NCBI RefSeq assembly: GCF_009834535.1
Contig: NC_045697.1
Coordinates: 78,556,001 to 78,620,000 of the forward strand
Origin: Camelus ferus
Lineage: Eukaryota
Length of the DNA: 64,000 bases
Reading direction: 5' to 3'
Below, piece after piece: positions 1 through 12,357 of this stretch; the stretch's first letter is position 1; each line of letters starts with the position of its first letter. The translations under genes were made by a program, and so were the position numbers. The notes under the pieces were generated by a model that was given only the letters and a program-made list of their open reading frames with translations, had not been told where the DNA came from and searched no databases.

Positions 1-1307
1 AACTTGAAATTTCTGGTGAGCAGCAAAACCAAGATATTGATAGATATTTCCCAGGTCTTAACATAAAGGTGCAAAACATTTGGCAAATTAAGCCCGTGTT
101 CAGAGCAGCATAGATTGTGTCTCAGATGTACAGGAGCTGGCAGTGCAAAATAAGCCTGCTTCGCCCCACGTTTGATACCTTAATTGGTCGCTTGTCTTTC
201 ATCAGCAGTAAGTTTTAGTGTTTCATTTTGCCAATTATCAAGGTAATTGGGCAGATTTTAAGATACAAAGCGACAGGCTTGAGATCACTTAAAGTATCTA
301 AAAATGCGTTCAAAATGAACATCTATGAAGATTGATCTCTTTTTGCACTAAATCTGAAGGGCAGGGTCTGCTTAAGAAACCTACCTAAATTCCCTGAAAG
401 TCAATGAAGGAGGCTCTTTGCCAAAATCAGCTTTCCCTTGGTGAGAAAGTTCTTTGGGAGACCACATGTTTCATTTTGAGAATTTGTAATAGTGTGTGGA
501 TGAAAATATATACATGTATAAAACTGTCTAAACTGAAGCCTTTCACATTTAATGTCTCCTTCCTAAACAAGTGATTTAGAAGAACAGGCAAATGCTTTTA
601 TATTTCCTAATGGGTATGCTGTATTTTTCTACCTAGACTAGAGAAAATCTTAATCAAAAGAAATCATAAAATGGAAGAGAACTAAAACAAATGCCAAATT
701 AATTTTTTGAGAGGAACAAGACACAGAGAAGAGAGACAAAAACCAAATTCTGCATCCTTGAGCCAACCTGTGATGAACCATATGTAGACTGTCTCCCAGA
801 AGATAAAGCCAGACGGAGAAGTGCAGAAGAGCATGGAGCTTGTCTTAGCAAGTAAATGACCACTTGTCACTAACCGCGAGTTGAAGACAGGCATTAGGAT
901 GGCAGACACATCCTGCTGGGCAGCACTGAAGCAGCTGTATGTTGACCTAGATGGAACTGAGCTCTCTTTCTAAAACATTTTGTTATGTGCCATGGTGTGA
1001 ATCCTGACAAGGTCTGCTCGGTAACCACTAATTGGCTGGAACCCCTACCAGAAAGGATATAGGAATAATCTCTAATGACTATGAAGCAATGAGAGAAAAT
1101 GTGAAGGACTTGAGAGTAATGAACGTTCTAAATTATTTTTTAGTGAAAATGTTGTAACTTTGTTAAGAGAACCAGAAATAAGTGATGTCAGTGAACAATT
1201 ATTTAATGCCATAAAGAACTGATTTGCTGTTTGGCCTTACTTCACAGTACCAGCACAATTACCTTTTGATTGGCAGGCAAAGTGTGTCCCATAATGATAG
1301 TAACGTG

Positions 1308-2044
1308 TGTGACTGCTTAATCAGTAGTTTATCAGCTAAATACCTTTCAGGCCCAAATTCACCCCTTTGGACTGCTCTGTAAGACTGAATCTGGGCCCTT
1401 AAAATACTTTTATCCATTGTCATCTGGCTCTGAAGCTTTGTCAAACAGGGTGCTGGAAAGTCGATGCAGGAAGTACAGGTTTCGCTTTCCAGTTCTGATT
1501 TGCTCATTCACAGGCTCCTACAGCATGCTTGGTTTCTGCAGCACCAGGCTCGTGCAGCATTCCCAGCTGCTCCAGTGTCTGGCTCCTGCTGTGCATGTGA
1601 ACCAGCAGCCAGCAGCTGCCCTTGGCATTCCCTCCTCACCTTGGAGGGTTTTGTAGTGAGGAGTGCCTCAGGTGAGACATCTCCCTGTGAACAGCTTTCC
1701 CCAGCACCCCAGAGACGGCATTTCCTGCAAGTTCCTCCAGCGTGGCGTCACAATGACTTGCCTGTCATCAGCGGGCATGGCCGTGCTGTCTCCAACAAGG
1801 TTTGGAATGAAGCCCTGAAGAGGAGTCAGGGCATCTTCCTTGGGCAGTCTATCTCAGCATGAAGGGTAGTGGCTGTTCCTTAGAGCTGCCGCATACTTTT
1901 ATAGTCTCTCAAGTTTTCTTCCATTATTACATACCAATCCCTTGTTGCTCCGATCCCCTGTTATAGTTAATAATTCTTAATATTAAACTTTCTTAGTCTA
2001 ATGACTGTGTGTTTTCTCTGTTTTGATTGGATCCAAACTGATAC
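1308..2044 (+). mobile_element. ERVL solo LTR, LTR41-like
   Basis: Starts TGTGACTGCTTAATCAGTAGTTT...CCAAATTCACCCC and ends ATTAAACTTTC...GATTGGATCCAAACTGATAC, matching recalled LTR41-family termini. The ORFs at 1259-1862 overlap it. Confidence 0.75.
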
Positions 2045-2084
2045 CTCTGTTAACTAACTGGCTATCAAAAGGCCTCAAAATATA

Positions 2085-2290
2085 CCTGAGCACGCACTGT
2101 GTACCATATCTGTGTCAACCACTGGGGGTCTACAGCAAACAACATGGACGCAGACCCTCTCCTGGTTCTCAATAAACTTAGACCCTCCCTACAGAGGTAT
2201 AATGTCAACAGACAGTACAATACAATTTGATAAGTTCTGGTGGAGGCATAATGTATGTTGAATTGATAGGAAATATGGGGGATGGAAGAT
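2085..2290 (-). mobile_element. L2 LINE 3' fragment (degenerate)
   Basis: CACTGTGTACCA...CACTGGGGGTCTACAGCAAACAACATGGACGCAGACCCT resembles the antisense L2 3' end. Confidence 0.4.
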
Positions 2291-2869
2291 TATCTCCTGA
2301 ACCACATGGAAAGACATTCTCCTTCTTCTAAATAGGTGTGTACAATTTAAGTAGAATCAGAGGAGAAAGTTTCAGGGTTAACTTTGGAACTTAAATGGCT
2401 TTCCAGGTGCCCATCAACCTTTTGATTCCATGACTATAAAACCCAGTCAAAGTTGCTTAATCACATCAGACTGGCTCTTTCTCCTGTGTTCCATAGCTGG
2501 CTCGATTGTATTTTATTCTTCCTTGACAATAATTATAAAAATAAAGAGTTTATTCTCAATTTCTTCTTAAACTATATTTTACACATAGAATTGTATGTAA
2601 TTTCCTATTGACAAGATGTCATTCAAGTCTGTCCTGTAATTTCTTTATAATCCTTGTCCTGCATCAGACACTCATTCTTCCACTTCTGTATTAATAATAA
2701 TTACACAATAATTGCTCCATTTATTTTACACTAAGACACTTTTCTAATTAATGACACAGTCCACACTTTTCTCACATATATCTGTATGCTAGGGCTTACT
2801 GTACTCTGTAACAAACCATTCAAATTTTCAGTGGCCTCTAGTAATTTGTTAATAATATATTCTTTTAGT

Positions 2870-4330
2870 GTTTACCCCAGAGGGTATACCATGTATCCTT
2901 AACAACAGAGTAATAAAAAATACTCTCTAATTTCCTGAAAAAATAGAAATATTTGAGTTTTAGAAACATTAAAGTGTTTTCTTCTTTCCACATTTTACAT
3001 TTTTGTTGTTATGCATTTTAGCTCTACATATATTTTAAAATTTATAAAATACTACAATTATTGTTCTATAGAGGCTATATTCAGTTATATTTACCCACAC
3101 TACTTATTTCCTCTTTCTGATGCTTCATTCTCTCCCTCATTTCTACATTTCCATCATGTGCCCTGAGCATTCCCGCATGTACTTGCTGGATATGCCAAGA
3201 ACAGACGACCCTGACTACACTTTACTGGGACAGTTCTCGGGGTTGTGTTTGCAGTAAGGAAACTTGAGGACTGAGGACAAAGAGCAAGCTTATTTCTGCT
3301 TGCTATAAGGGTGGTGAACCCCCTCTGACCAGCATGTGTCTCCTGAAACACAATGTGGCATCGTGTGGTTGTGTGTAGGTCTTCACACACGCCCCCCTGC
3401 ATTACTTTGTGGACTTGGTGAGAGTCAGGAACTTGTACAAAAATGAAGTTCATGCTGTCTATTGGGCTCTGAGTAATAAAATTCTTTGTCTCTGACTCAA
3501 GGATCTTCTGCCTTCTGCTAGAATTCATGAAAGACTAGTAGGCTAGCTTGTGACCTTCTAAGTAAGATAAAATCACTCAGCTGAATTGGTTCTTCACATT
3601 ATAGATCGCTATACACGCTAGTATTGTGTTCTGCTCTGTCTGAACTGCTTTAATTTCTGAGTTTTAATCAATTAATACCCTGAGTTTTAACTCTAGATCT
3701 TGTAGTTTTCAGTTTGAGGATGTCCAGTTTATTATTTTTGCTTTCAGATACTTTCTCTATTGGAAACTTTCATGTTTTCACATATTTTTTCTGTATTTTC
3801 CTCCATTTCCTCTAACCTGAATATCTAGGTCATGTGAACCAGCTTCCAGTATTTGACTTTCTTTCAGTTATTGATCAGATTGTCTTCCCTCTTAGTGTGT
3901 CTACATTTTTTTATTATGCTAAGCATTTTGAACTAAAGACCAATATAGACTTTAGATGATGTTATTCTCAACCAAAGAGAGTTTGTTAGGCAGAGAGGGT
4001 AAAGGTCTAATCACCATAACACACTCAAAAATTAAGTTGGGGTATGGCTGGGTTTAGTTTAGTAGAACTCAGTTTACTTCTGATTTTCCCCTACTCTTTA
4101 GGTCTGAACCACATTTTTGGATTGAGAGGCTGGCATTAATCTGTGTCCTTAGTCCTGAAAGACTTAATATTGTTCTCTTTACCTAGAATTTTACTTATCT
4201 CAGTGCTTCCAGAGCAAGTTAATATATTCAAAAAATAAATTTTTAATAAATTATCTGTATTTTTCTATTTAAGGTAGTGGTACCACTAGCCTACCATAAC
4301 CTATTGCATTACTCTCAGAAGTGAAGGTCT
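2870..4330 (-). mobile_element. Old L1M (L1MC/L1ME-type) fragments interrupted by an LTR
   Basis: T-rich antisense L1-like sequence on both sides of the 3157-3598 LTR; boundaries approximate. Confidence 0.4.
3157..3598 (+). mobile_element. ERVL-class LTR (MER54/LTR53-like group; exact family uncertain)
   Basis: TG...CA termini, TATAA at 3304, AATAAA at 3475-3480, and a 3' part AATAAAATTCTTTGTCTCTGACTCAAGG...GGCTAGCTTG...AAGTAAGATAAAATC typical of this LTR group. Confidence 0.7.
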
Positions 4331-4374
4331 CCACCTGTATAATTTTCGAAAAAACTACAGGTAACTTAGTTCAT

Positions 4375-4470
4375 CACAAACTATTCAACCAGAATCTCTT
4401 GGGGAAGGGCTCAGGTTTCAGCATTTTAAAAAACTCTATATAGGTTTTTCTAATACACAAGAAGAGGTAA
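4375..4470. mobile_element. MER5A-like hAT-Charlie fragment
   Basis: CAGAATCTCTTGGGGAAGGGCTCAGG...GCATTTTAAAAAACTC...TTCTAATACACA matches the recalled MER5A core. Confidence 0.6.
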
Positions 4471-4732
4471 ACATTTATATCTTAGGAAATAGAGATGTGA
4501 ATCATATTATCTTTGCCTCAGATATTAGATCTCCTTAGAATCGAGTAATTTCACAGTTTCTTACTAGAAAAAACTCAAGTGAAACTTTGAATAAATAATG
4601 TGAGTATCTAAAAAAAACAGTGATTACTAAAATTTAATGTGACCTTACTAATGGGGGAGAAAAAGTCTAAACCAACATCAATTCTATGCTTAATAAGTTT
4701 ACTAGACAGGTAGATTAAGAAAACATATCAAA

Positions 4733-4779
4733 CATTGTTAAGATGATTATAAATCAATAAAAAATGTTAAAAAAAAAAA
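4733..4779 (+). mobile_element. Extremely 5'-truncated L1 insertion (47 bp) with 16-bp TSD
   Basis: AAGAAAACATATCAAA at 4717-4732 and 4780-4795 flanks CATTGTTAAGATGATTATAAATCAATAAAAAATGTT plus an A tail; TT/AAGA endonuclease-type site. Confidence 0.85.
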
Positions 4780-5307
4780 AAGAAAACATATCAAAGAATG
4801 ACTCATAATTTCAAAGAAATTTCTGGTGGAGCCTCATGACATCCATGTTGGTAAAATGGAGAAATACCCTTTTCCTGACCATTAAGCTATAGAGTTATGA
4901 CTGATAATACTGCTGAGTTCTGCCTCTCTGGTGCAAGCAGTGTTGTGTCAAAGCAAAAGGATGTTTCTATGGTGTGATCCTGTTTTGCTTTTCAGTTTTA
5001 TCAGATATAAATTAAGGTAAGAAAAACATTTTGATCAGGTTTATAGACTTCTCAGAGTCAAAAGATACTTTCATGTATTGTTGAATGGTTAAATCAAAAT
5101 TTGTTAAAAATTTGATCTTCCAGAAAGATTAGCCAAAATAAACAGAGTGAAATTTATTAAACTGTATAAAATCCTCTTTTTTAACTTCAAAGTATCTTAA
5201 CAGAATAGAGGAAATGTGGCTTTGACATTTGTGTGAAATGATGTGGAGACAAAAATGACCCAAAGTTTAAGGATGACACGACAATAGGAAAAAGGTATAA
5301 AAGAAAG

Positions 5308-5337
5308 AAACAAACAAACAAGCAAACAAACAAAAAC
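5308..5337. repeat. (AAAC)n microsatellite
   Basis: Imperfect AAAC tandem run read directly. Confidence 0.85.
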
Positions 5338-6294
5338 CTAAGGCAATTATAGACCAAACTGATAGAAGCAGATTATCCAGAACAAAATTTAGTAAAATTA
5401 GTACCACAGAACTCTGCTCTGATCAAATCATATAAGGAATATTTTGCTTAGCTTAGGCATCATGTCATAGAAATTCAACTTAAGATATGAAAATCCTATC
5501 ACATTTGGTTACCATTTCTTCTACTTTAAACTATATAATAGGAAAACACAAGTTGAGAGGTGGTCAAAACATTACAGTTAAAGATGTGCTCTTCATGGGG
5601 TGTCTTTAACTCTCAGTTCTGACAGGTATCAGGCTCTGAACTATCCCTGGGTTTCACGTTAGGAGAGTAGAAGTCTCCATGATATTCTTCAGTCTACAAT
5701 CAATAAAGGGGTGGTCCTCCTTGCCCCGAATAATTCCAAACACTTAGAACACTTCAACATATTAGTCATTTCATATGAGCCTCAGTGAAATCTAAAATCC
5801 CTTAAGGCTCTCAGTTGTCCTAAATTATTTAGAACATTCTATTTTCACTCCAAGAGAAAAATTAGTAGCTAGGAAGAAAACATTGCCAACCCACATGAAG
5901 AGAGAAAAGAAAATGAAAAGATACTCTTTTGGGAAACTACCACTGGAGTCTTATCTCCTTCTGTAAATACAGTTGAAGCCAAGACCCTCCAATAAAGAAA
6001 ACAATACTTTTTGAAAAGCTATCTGTATTCCCAATGTGGGCTTCCCTAACATACTTCCATTCAGAAAACTTAGCTTGGGTGAATCCATGGTCCTTAACCA
6101 TGACAAGAATCAATCCATACAAGATAACCAGATATAGTATGACCTCTTGTTATCTGTGTCTTTAAGTGTATCCTTCAGAGTGTCAATGGCCTGTCATGAT
6201 CAGAAATATTAAAGGACATTTCCATTTGCCTTTTTAAACTTCCCTTTCAGCCCAACGTTGGAGTTGTTGATCATGGTACAAGGGGTTATGGAAA

Positions 6295-6490
6295 TAAATG
6301 CATATTCCCTGAGTACTAGGAATTGTGTTAGGCACAATGTATACATTATTTCCAATAACTCATCTCAACACACAGAATAGGTATCACTATCCCTTTTCAT
6401 AGATGAACTGAGGCAGAAAGAGGTTAAATGGAAGAACCGAAATCTGAACACAGATCTCTCTTGACTCAAATATCCATGCCCATTCTATAC
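6295..6490 (-). mobile_element. MIR SINE
   Basis: ATCCCTTTTCATAGATGAACTGAGGCAGAAAGAGGTTAAATG is the MIR core in antisense orientation. Confidence 0.75.
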
Positions 6491-6775
6491 TATTATCCCA
6501 CCCTTCTGACTGTTTTCATCCATGATTATGGTCGCAGAGACTGTTGAAAGATTACAATATATGTCTGGGTATCCGGTTAGAGATTTTGTGTTGAACTTGT
6601 CATTCTTCAGGAGCTGAGATGTAGCAAACAGAACAGATGTCATCAGACACAGCATGTGGGAAGTCAGTGTGATTCCCGCCCCTCGACCCGACGGTAGTGC
6701 TTGTTTTGTGTTGCCCAGTGAAATCATGGACAGTGCCCTCCTCTGAGTCAGGAACACATTCCAAGATGTAAATCT

Positions 6776-6777
<2 letters not shown>

Positions 6778-6814
<37 letters not shown>
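6778..6814. repeat. Poly-T tract (37 nt)
   Basis: Read directly; it produces the poly-Lys in ORFs 6485-7063 and 6600-6866. Confidence 0.95.
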
Positions 6815-9800
6815 CGGTAAACCTCTGGCAAAAAAAGTTAGCCCAACTTTCTCCACCTGATAGCAAAATCTGTGGGATTTTTTTTTATGAGGCAGATGTG
6901 AGTATTTTGCTTCTTCGTACAGGTTATGCCCCAAGCAGTTGTCATTCCCCCCCACCGCCTTTTTTTCTAGTAGTGATTTCCAAAGAAATAAAAAATATGA
7001 ATTTTTAAGGCTGTCATTTGCTCCACATTGCCCTTGGCATAGAAGGCAGTAGGGAATGTACATGAAAAAGCACCTAAGTGTGTGTTCAAGTTGGAAACTC
7101 TTAATCCTGACCCATTAAGGAAAACTGAAGTGATTTAGTGGGGCGCAGATCAACACCTAAAGAACATACAACATGAGTGAAAGATTGAGGATTATATCAT
7201 AAAAAATGGGAGAGGTAAACTAACAGTTTTCAGAAAAGAATCCTGGGGCAAACTTAGAAATGATCAAAGGCAAGCACGGCTAATGGCTTTAAAGCTTTTG
7301 GTAAATTAATGAGAATGACCTGGGTTAACCCATAAATTAGCTAAGTCAACTATCAATGTTATTTATGGGAGCAACACATTGCCAGAAAACAAAATTTAAG
7401 TATTGGTGTACAGGACCCTTTCTGTGTGCTCAAAATGGGTTTGAACTTTAAATATCTTCCTGATTTTTTCACATTTCTTTTCAATACCTATTACTATCAT
7501 GCATTTTGTAATCACCCATTCTCGCTGAATGCTCTGTGTTTTTTAGCACAGTATTCTTTGGGCATACTCCTAAATGATGCACATTTATGTTTCTTTTAAA
7601 CTGTATACTTGTTGGAGCATGATCTAAAGAGATGAATCATAACAAATGTTTCCAAAATGTTATTAGTACTATTTTTAATTTCTAGATAGCTCTCTTAAAA
7701 GACAGTTCCTAACCAGCTCCAAACCAGCAAAGTGTAACGAAAAACATGTATGCAAGAAAATATATAAGTACAAATATATTTATATTTTACTTCCACTTTA
7801 GAGTGATATTTTTAAACATCATAATATTACGTAGTTTTGTTTAATATCACTGGTCATTTGTGATTGTAAATTAAGTTTCTGATAATTTAAGAAAATTAAG
7901 CAGTGACATCTCTTTTCTATGGTTCCAAGCATTCAAATCTCTTCATAAATTCAAAACTTGTGTAAAGGTGATACATTTGTTCATATAGTGTAAACTAATA
8001 TTCCTGAAGGAAGAAGTAAATCAGAAAATCCTTTCTGAACCTACTCACAGTGATAAGGCATCAAAATATAATGAGCTGCCTATTTTCTTGTATTGTTGAA
8101 ATTCATTTAATTTTGTATCATTTATCCATATTCAAATTCATGAAAACAATTTTTTGTTTGTATTACCTCTACATTAATGAGCAGTAGCTTAATGATACTG
8201 ACTTATATTTAAAACATAAAATTCTTTCAATGTTTAGTATTTCTTGACCCTTTAGTTCATACAAATACTAAACTGATTTACTTAAAAAAGAAAAATTGGA
8301 GTACTGGGTATAGAAACAGGCACATTGTGAACACTTCCTGTTATCAACTCTCTAAAGATGATAAATGTTAGTAGACCTATTTTATTATAATTAGACTAAC
8401 CAAATTAATTCAAGTTGATCAATGTAAGAAAATGAAGTCCATATTAGTATTCAAATGAGTTGAAATTTGAATTTTTGATTAAACTTGAAAAAGTTAGGTT
8501 GCTTAAACAACAACAAAAAAATGTTCAAGTATTCAGACATGTAGAATTTTGCTTTAAAGTTGGCAGCATTATAGCTATACCTCCTCCAATTATGACACGA
8601 TTGTTACTGGATTATATACATGAAATTAACTGTGAAGAGTCTTGGTGAAAATGCTCAATACAAATAAATATCTGGTGAGCTAAAAAGTATTTTAAATTTA
8701 GTCACTAAATCTACAACATCACTTCTTTGGTTGTATATTCCGCAACAGAAATAGCTGTCAGAAGCAAAAGAAATGAGAAGAGAAAGGAAAAAGGACTAAG
8801 AACTCTTTCAAAAATACTCTGATGTAAAGCATCTATGTATGAAACTAACCTTGGATTATCAATCAGCTTCAGTGTGTGGCTTCAGGTTTCAGATTCCATT
8901 AATTTGAATGAGCATCAGTCGGCTGAACAGAGAAAGCATTTACAATGGAAGGAGATGCTTTTTCAAAATCAGGATATAAACCCTCTTTTGACAATCTGAA
9001 GTGTGATTTTTCTCAGAGATAATCCATTTGAAACCAACAGTGACTACTCATTTTAATTAGTTGCAGGCAGTTTTGCAAATTAAATTCCCCACCTGAAAGT
9101 CAAAATTCCAGAAAGAGAATGCTTTCATTTTGTTAATTGCTAAGTGAGTTTTTGGGACAGGGTAGAATGAAGGAGGGGTTCCTAATAAGCAGGCAGATCT
9201 TAAATAGCACGTACCTGTGGTTATGGGGCGGCCTCTTAGTGGGGCTAGAATGTTAGCATCCTGAATGCACAAGTTTGTGTTGTCTTTCAAATAAACCATC
9301 ATAGTAGATTCACTTCAAATTAAAGCCAATCTTTTTTCTCTTTTCAGTCATGTGCCTTCATGATTCTGCCTTGCATTGGACATATGTGAAGCTTTTTTGA
9401 ATTAAAAGTATGATCTAATACCTCAATCCAAGATTTGATGCTATGAAGCACAGCATGCTAATCCCTTTTGTGATATTCACTCCCTTAGTGGCCTAAGGCA
9501 AAAATCTTTGTCTAGGTTTCAAAGACATATGAAAGTGCATGTAAACATACAGCACCCTCACAAGTCCTTCCATCTCAATCAAAGGGAAAAACTTGCTTGA
9601 GATTCAGTTCATGTTTGAAAGAAAACGTAGAACTGGTTTCTCTATACAAGAAAAATTCTTGAAGACTTCTTCTTACCTGAAAGTCTGCGATCCTCAGAAG
9701 TGGCTTCAGGCGATTCGGGGAAGGATTTTCAAGGAGAGACTGACCCCTGGAGGCAGACGGAGCTCCCTTTTGGCCAGACCTTGCTCTTCTAATTCACAGA

Positions 9801-12119
9801 GATGCTAAGGAAAGGACCGACAGGAAGAGATGACATCCATGGCAAATTCCGGTAGGTATCTCACCTGCCTTTCCCACCTCTCCCTCCACACCCTCCAACT
9901 TACTTGTAGAAGAGCTAATAGAATCATGAATGGTGGAATATAAAGATTTCTGAAATCATACCCCACTGGATCATAAACTCCATCAGGGTAGAAATTTGTG
10001 TTATTCATGTTTATATCCTCATTTCTTAGCAAATGTCTGACCAAACTTAGTACGAAATAAAAGTTTGTGGAAAGATTAAATGAACAAGTTAATAAACATA
10101 TTGTAATTGCTTTATTTTACAAAGATTGATTGCACAAGGTTTCATACTTAGAAGACATGAATGTTGATTAAACATCTATCAAAATCAATGTGGACAGGAT
10201 GGGAGAGATTTAAAACAGTCCATCTAAGATAAGAGTCAGAAGGAGCCCTGTGGAACAGACAGTAGTGATGGTTATTTTACGCCAGCCTCTAAAAACCTCA
10301 ACATTGACCCCTGTGTGTCCATCTTTGGAATGACTTCACTAATTCTTTTCAAAAGGAATCCACAAACTTCACTGGTGTCATATGAACAAAGAAAGGAAAA
10401 AGGGGCAAAAAGAATTGCTTGTCCTGTGTGACTCATAAGATTTAGGCCAGAGCACAGTCATGATGAGAGACCTTTAGTTTCTCCAGGATGTCTCCCCTCC
10501 TACTAGATGATGCAAATTAATCTAACTTAAGACACGGAGCATTATTAACTGACATCACTCCTGGTGAGGCCTGGTTGAAACGTGATCAGTTACTTCAATG
10601 TTAATGCTCGTAAATGAATCACGTAGAAGAGACTTTGCTGTGGGAAGAAATATGAAGATATTGTAGTTTTGATTATCAACCACTTGTCAAGGCACTGGCG
10701 AAGCAAAGGCAGACATTTTTTTCCTAATATTTCAACAAATGACATTTCCAAAAGAAGGTAGACTGGAAAAATCCAATACTTGTTGAAACTGCTTGCCTGA
10801 TTTTATATTTCAACACTTTTTAAAATTATACTGTGGTTAGGGCCCTATATTTTTCTTTGCAGCTGGATTAATTGCACAAGGCCAACTGAACTTTTGGCTA
10901 TGGAATGCTCAGGTATAAGAGATAAGAACAAAAAACTAAAGGAACTGATGCAATCAGAAGGCAGACTTTATATACTCCGTTATTTCACTAGGGTCAATCA
11001 TGCTTTTCTGCCCATTGAAATCGTGCTCGCAGAAGCAGTCTTTAAATTGAGAAAAACACAGCTGCAAATATAAGCTAACCTTCTCCACTTTCTCGCCCCA
11101 CAAATATGTACATCTTTTTATATACTTCGAAATTCTTGCTTCAAACACTCAAGTTCTCAAATTTCCTCAACTCTTTGTTTCTCCGCTACACCCTCTAGAA
11201 ATAGTCTACATCGGCGCTTACATTTGTTTCTTCTCTTTTTAAAAGAAAAGCTTATTTTCTGATTACAAAAGTAATTTTGTACCCCATGTATAAGACAAAG
11301 ACAATTATATAGAAAAAATTATAATTTTGTGCCAAATATAACCACCACTAACATTTTAGTTATTTCTTCTTGAGTTTAACAAGTGAGCCCATACCGTACT
11401 TTTATTTTCACAGCCTGCTTGCTTTACTCAGTAATACAGTATTCTAATGTTGTTAACATTTTGTGCTAATGTTTACTTGCTTGTTTGTTTTCCCATCTTT
11501 TTAAGTCTTTAGCACTTTGAGAAATATATTTTAAGCTTTTAGAAATTCTACTAGTGATACTTTATTTTTAAAGAACATTTTAAACATATTTATCTACTTA
11601 TCAAAGTCAACAACGAATTCTATAATTTGAGGCAATACTGACCTGTCTGTACTTGTCCCATGTCTTGTCACCATCTCTCTTCACTTTCCAGGTTGGGAAG
11701 GGGGATTAGGAACAAGATTATCATTATTAGCATTTTATTTTTCATTATCTGTTTGCTTTTCAGGCATATATTTTTTAAGCCTTAAATACTTTTAAGAACA
11801 AATCTCTAATGAGTATTTTGACTTAATCCCACTTGACTAATTTAATGCACATCATCATAACTTTTTCTGTAACTTTCACCACCCCCTCCCTTAATTTCTT
11901 GTGTTTTAACTCATTAATAACAATAAATCTTTAAGTTTTTCTCCTGCCTCATTACTGGTAAGTTTGTTTGTGATGGAGATTGATTAATTCTGAATTTTTA
12001 GTTATTCAATCTACAAAACTCAATTGTAACAAAAGAAAGTTATCTTCGATTATACATTAAATCTCTCCTGTGCCAGGTACTTTTGTTGTTTTCTTTCTCA
12101 ACACTTTTCTCTTAAAAAA

Positions 12120-12357
12120 ATTTTTTTTACCTTGTTATCTGATTGTGGTAAGAACACTTAACATAAGATCTACTTTCTTAACAAATTACATGTACAGTAC
12201 ACTGTTGTTGACTATAGGTACAGTGTATACAGCTGGTCTCTAGAACTTATTCGTCTTGATTAACTGAAGTTTTATGGCCTCTGATTAGTAACTCCTCATT
12301 TTCCTGTCCCCTCAGCCTCTGGCAATCACCATCGCACCCTTTGATTCTATGAATTTG
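12120..12357 (-). mobile_element. L1MA9/L1MB-type 3' UTR fragment
   Basis: GTGGTAAGAACACTTAACATAAGATCTAC...CTCTAGAACTTATTC...CAGCCTCTGGCAATCACCAT matches an antisense L1MA/MB 3' end. Confidence 0.8.

Noticed and set aside
1259..1862. Overlapping ORFs of 79-132 aa
   Set aside because: They lie almost entirely within a GC-richer ERVL LTR, where stop codons are scarce.
3154..3528. 124-aa minus-strand ORF
   Set aside because: It is antisense to an LTR and shows no protein similarity.
6760..6830. Poly-T as the tail of a retrocopy
   Set aside because: Only a weak GTAAA similarity on both sides; no convincing TSD or retroposed body.
6485..7063. Longest ORF (192 aa) with a poly-Lys stretch
   Set aside because: The Lys run is the reverse complement of a 37-nt poly-T tract; the rest has no recognisable protein features.
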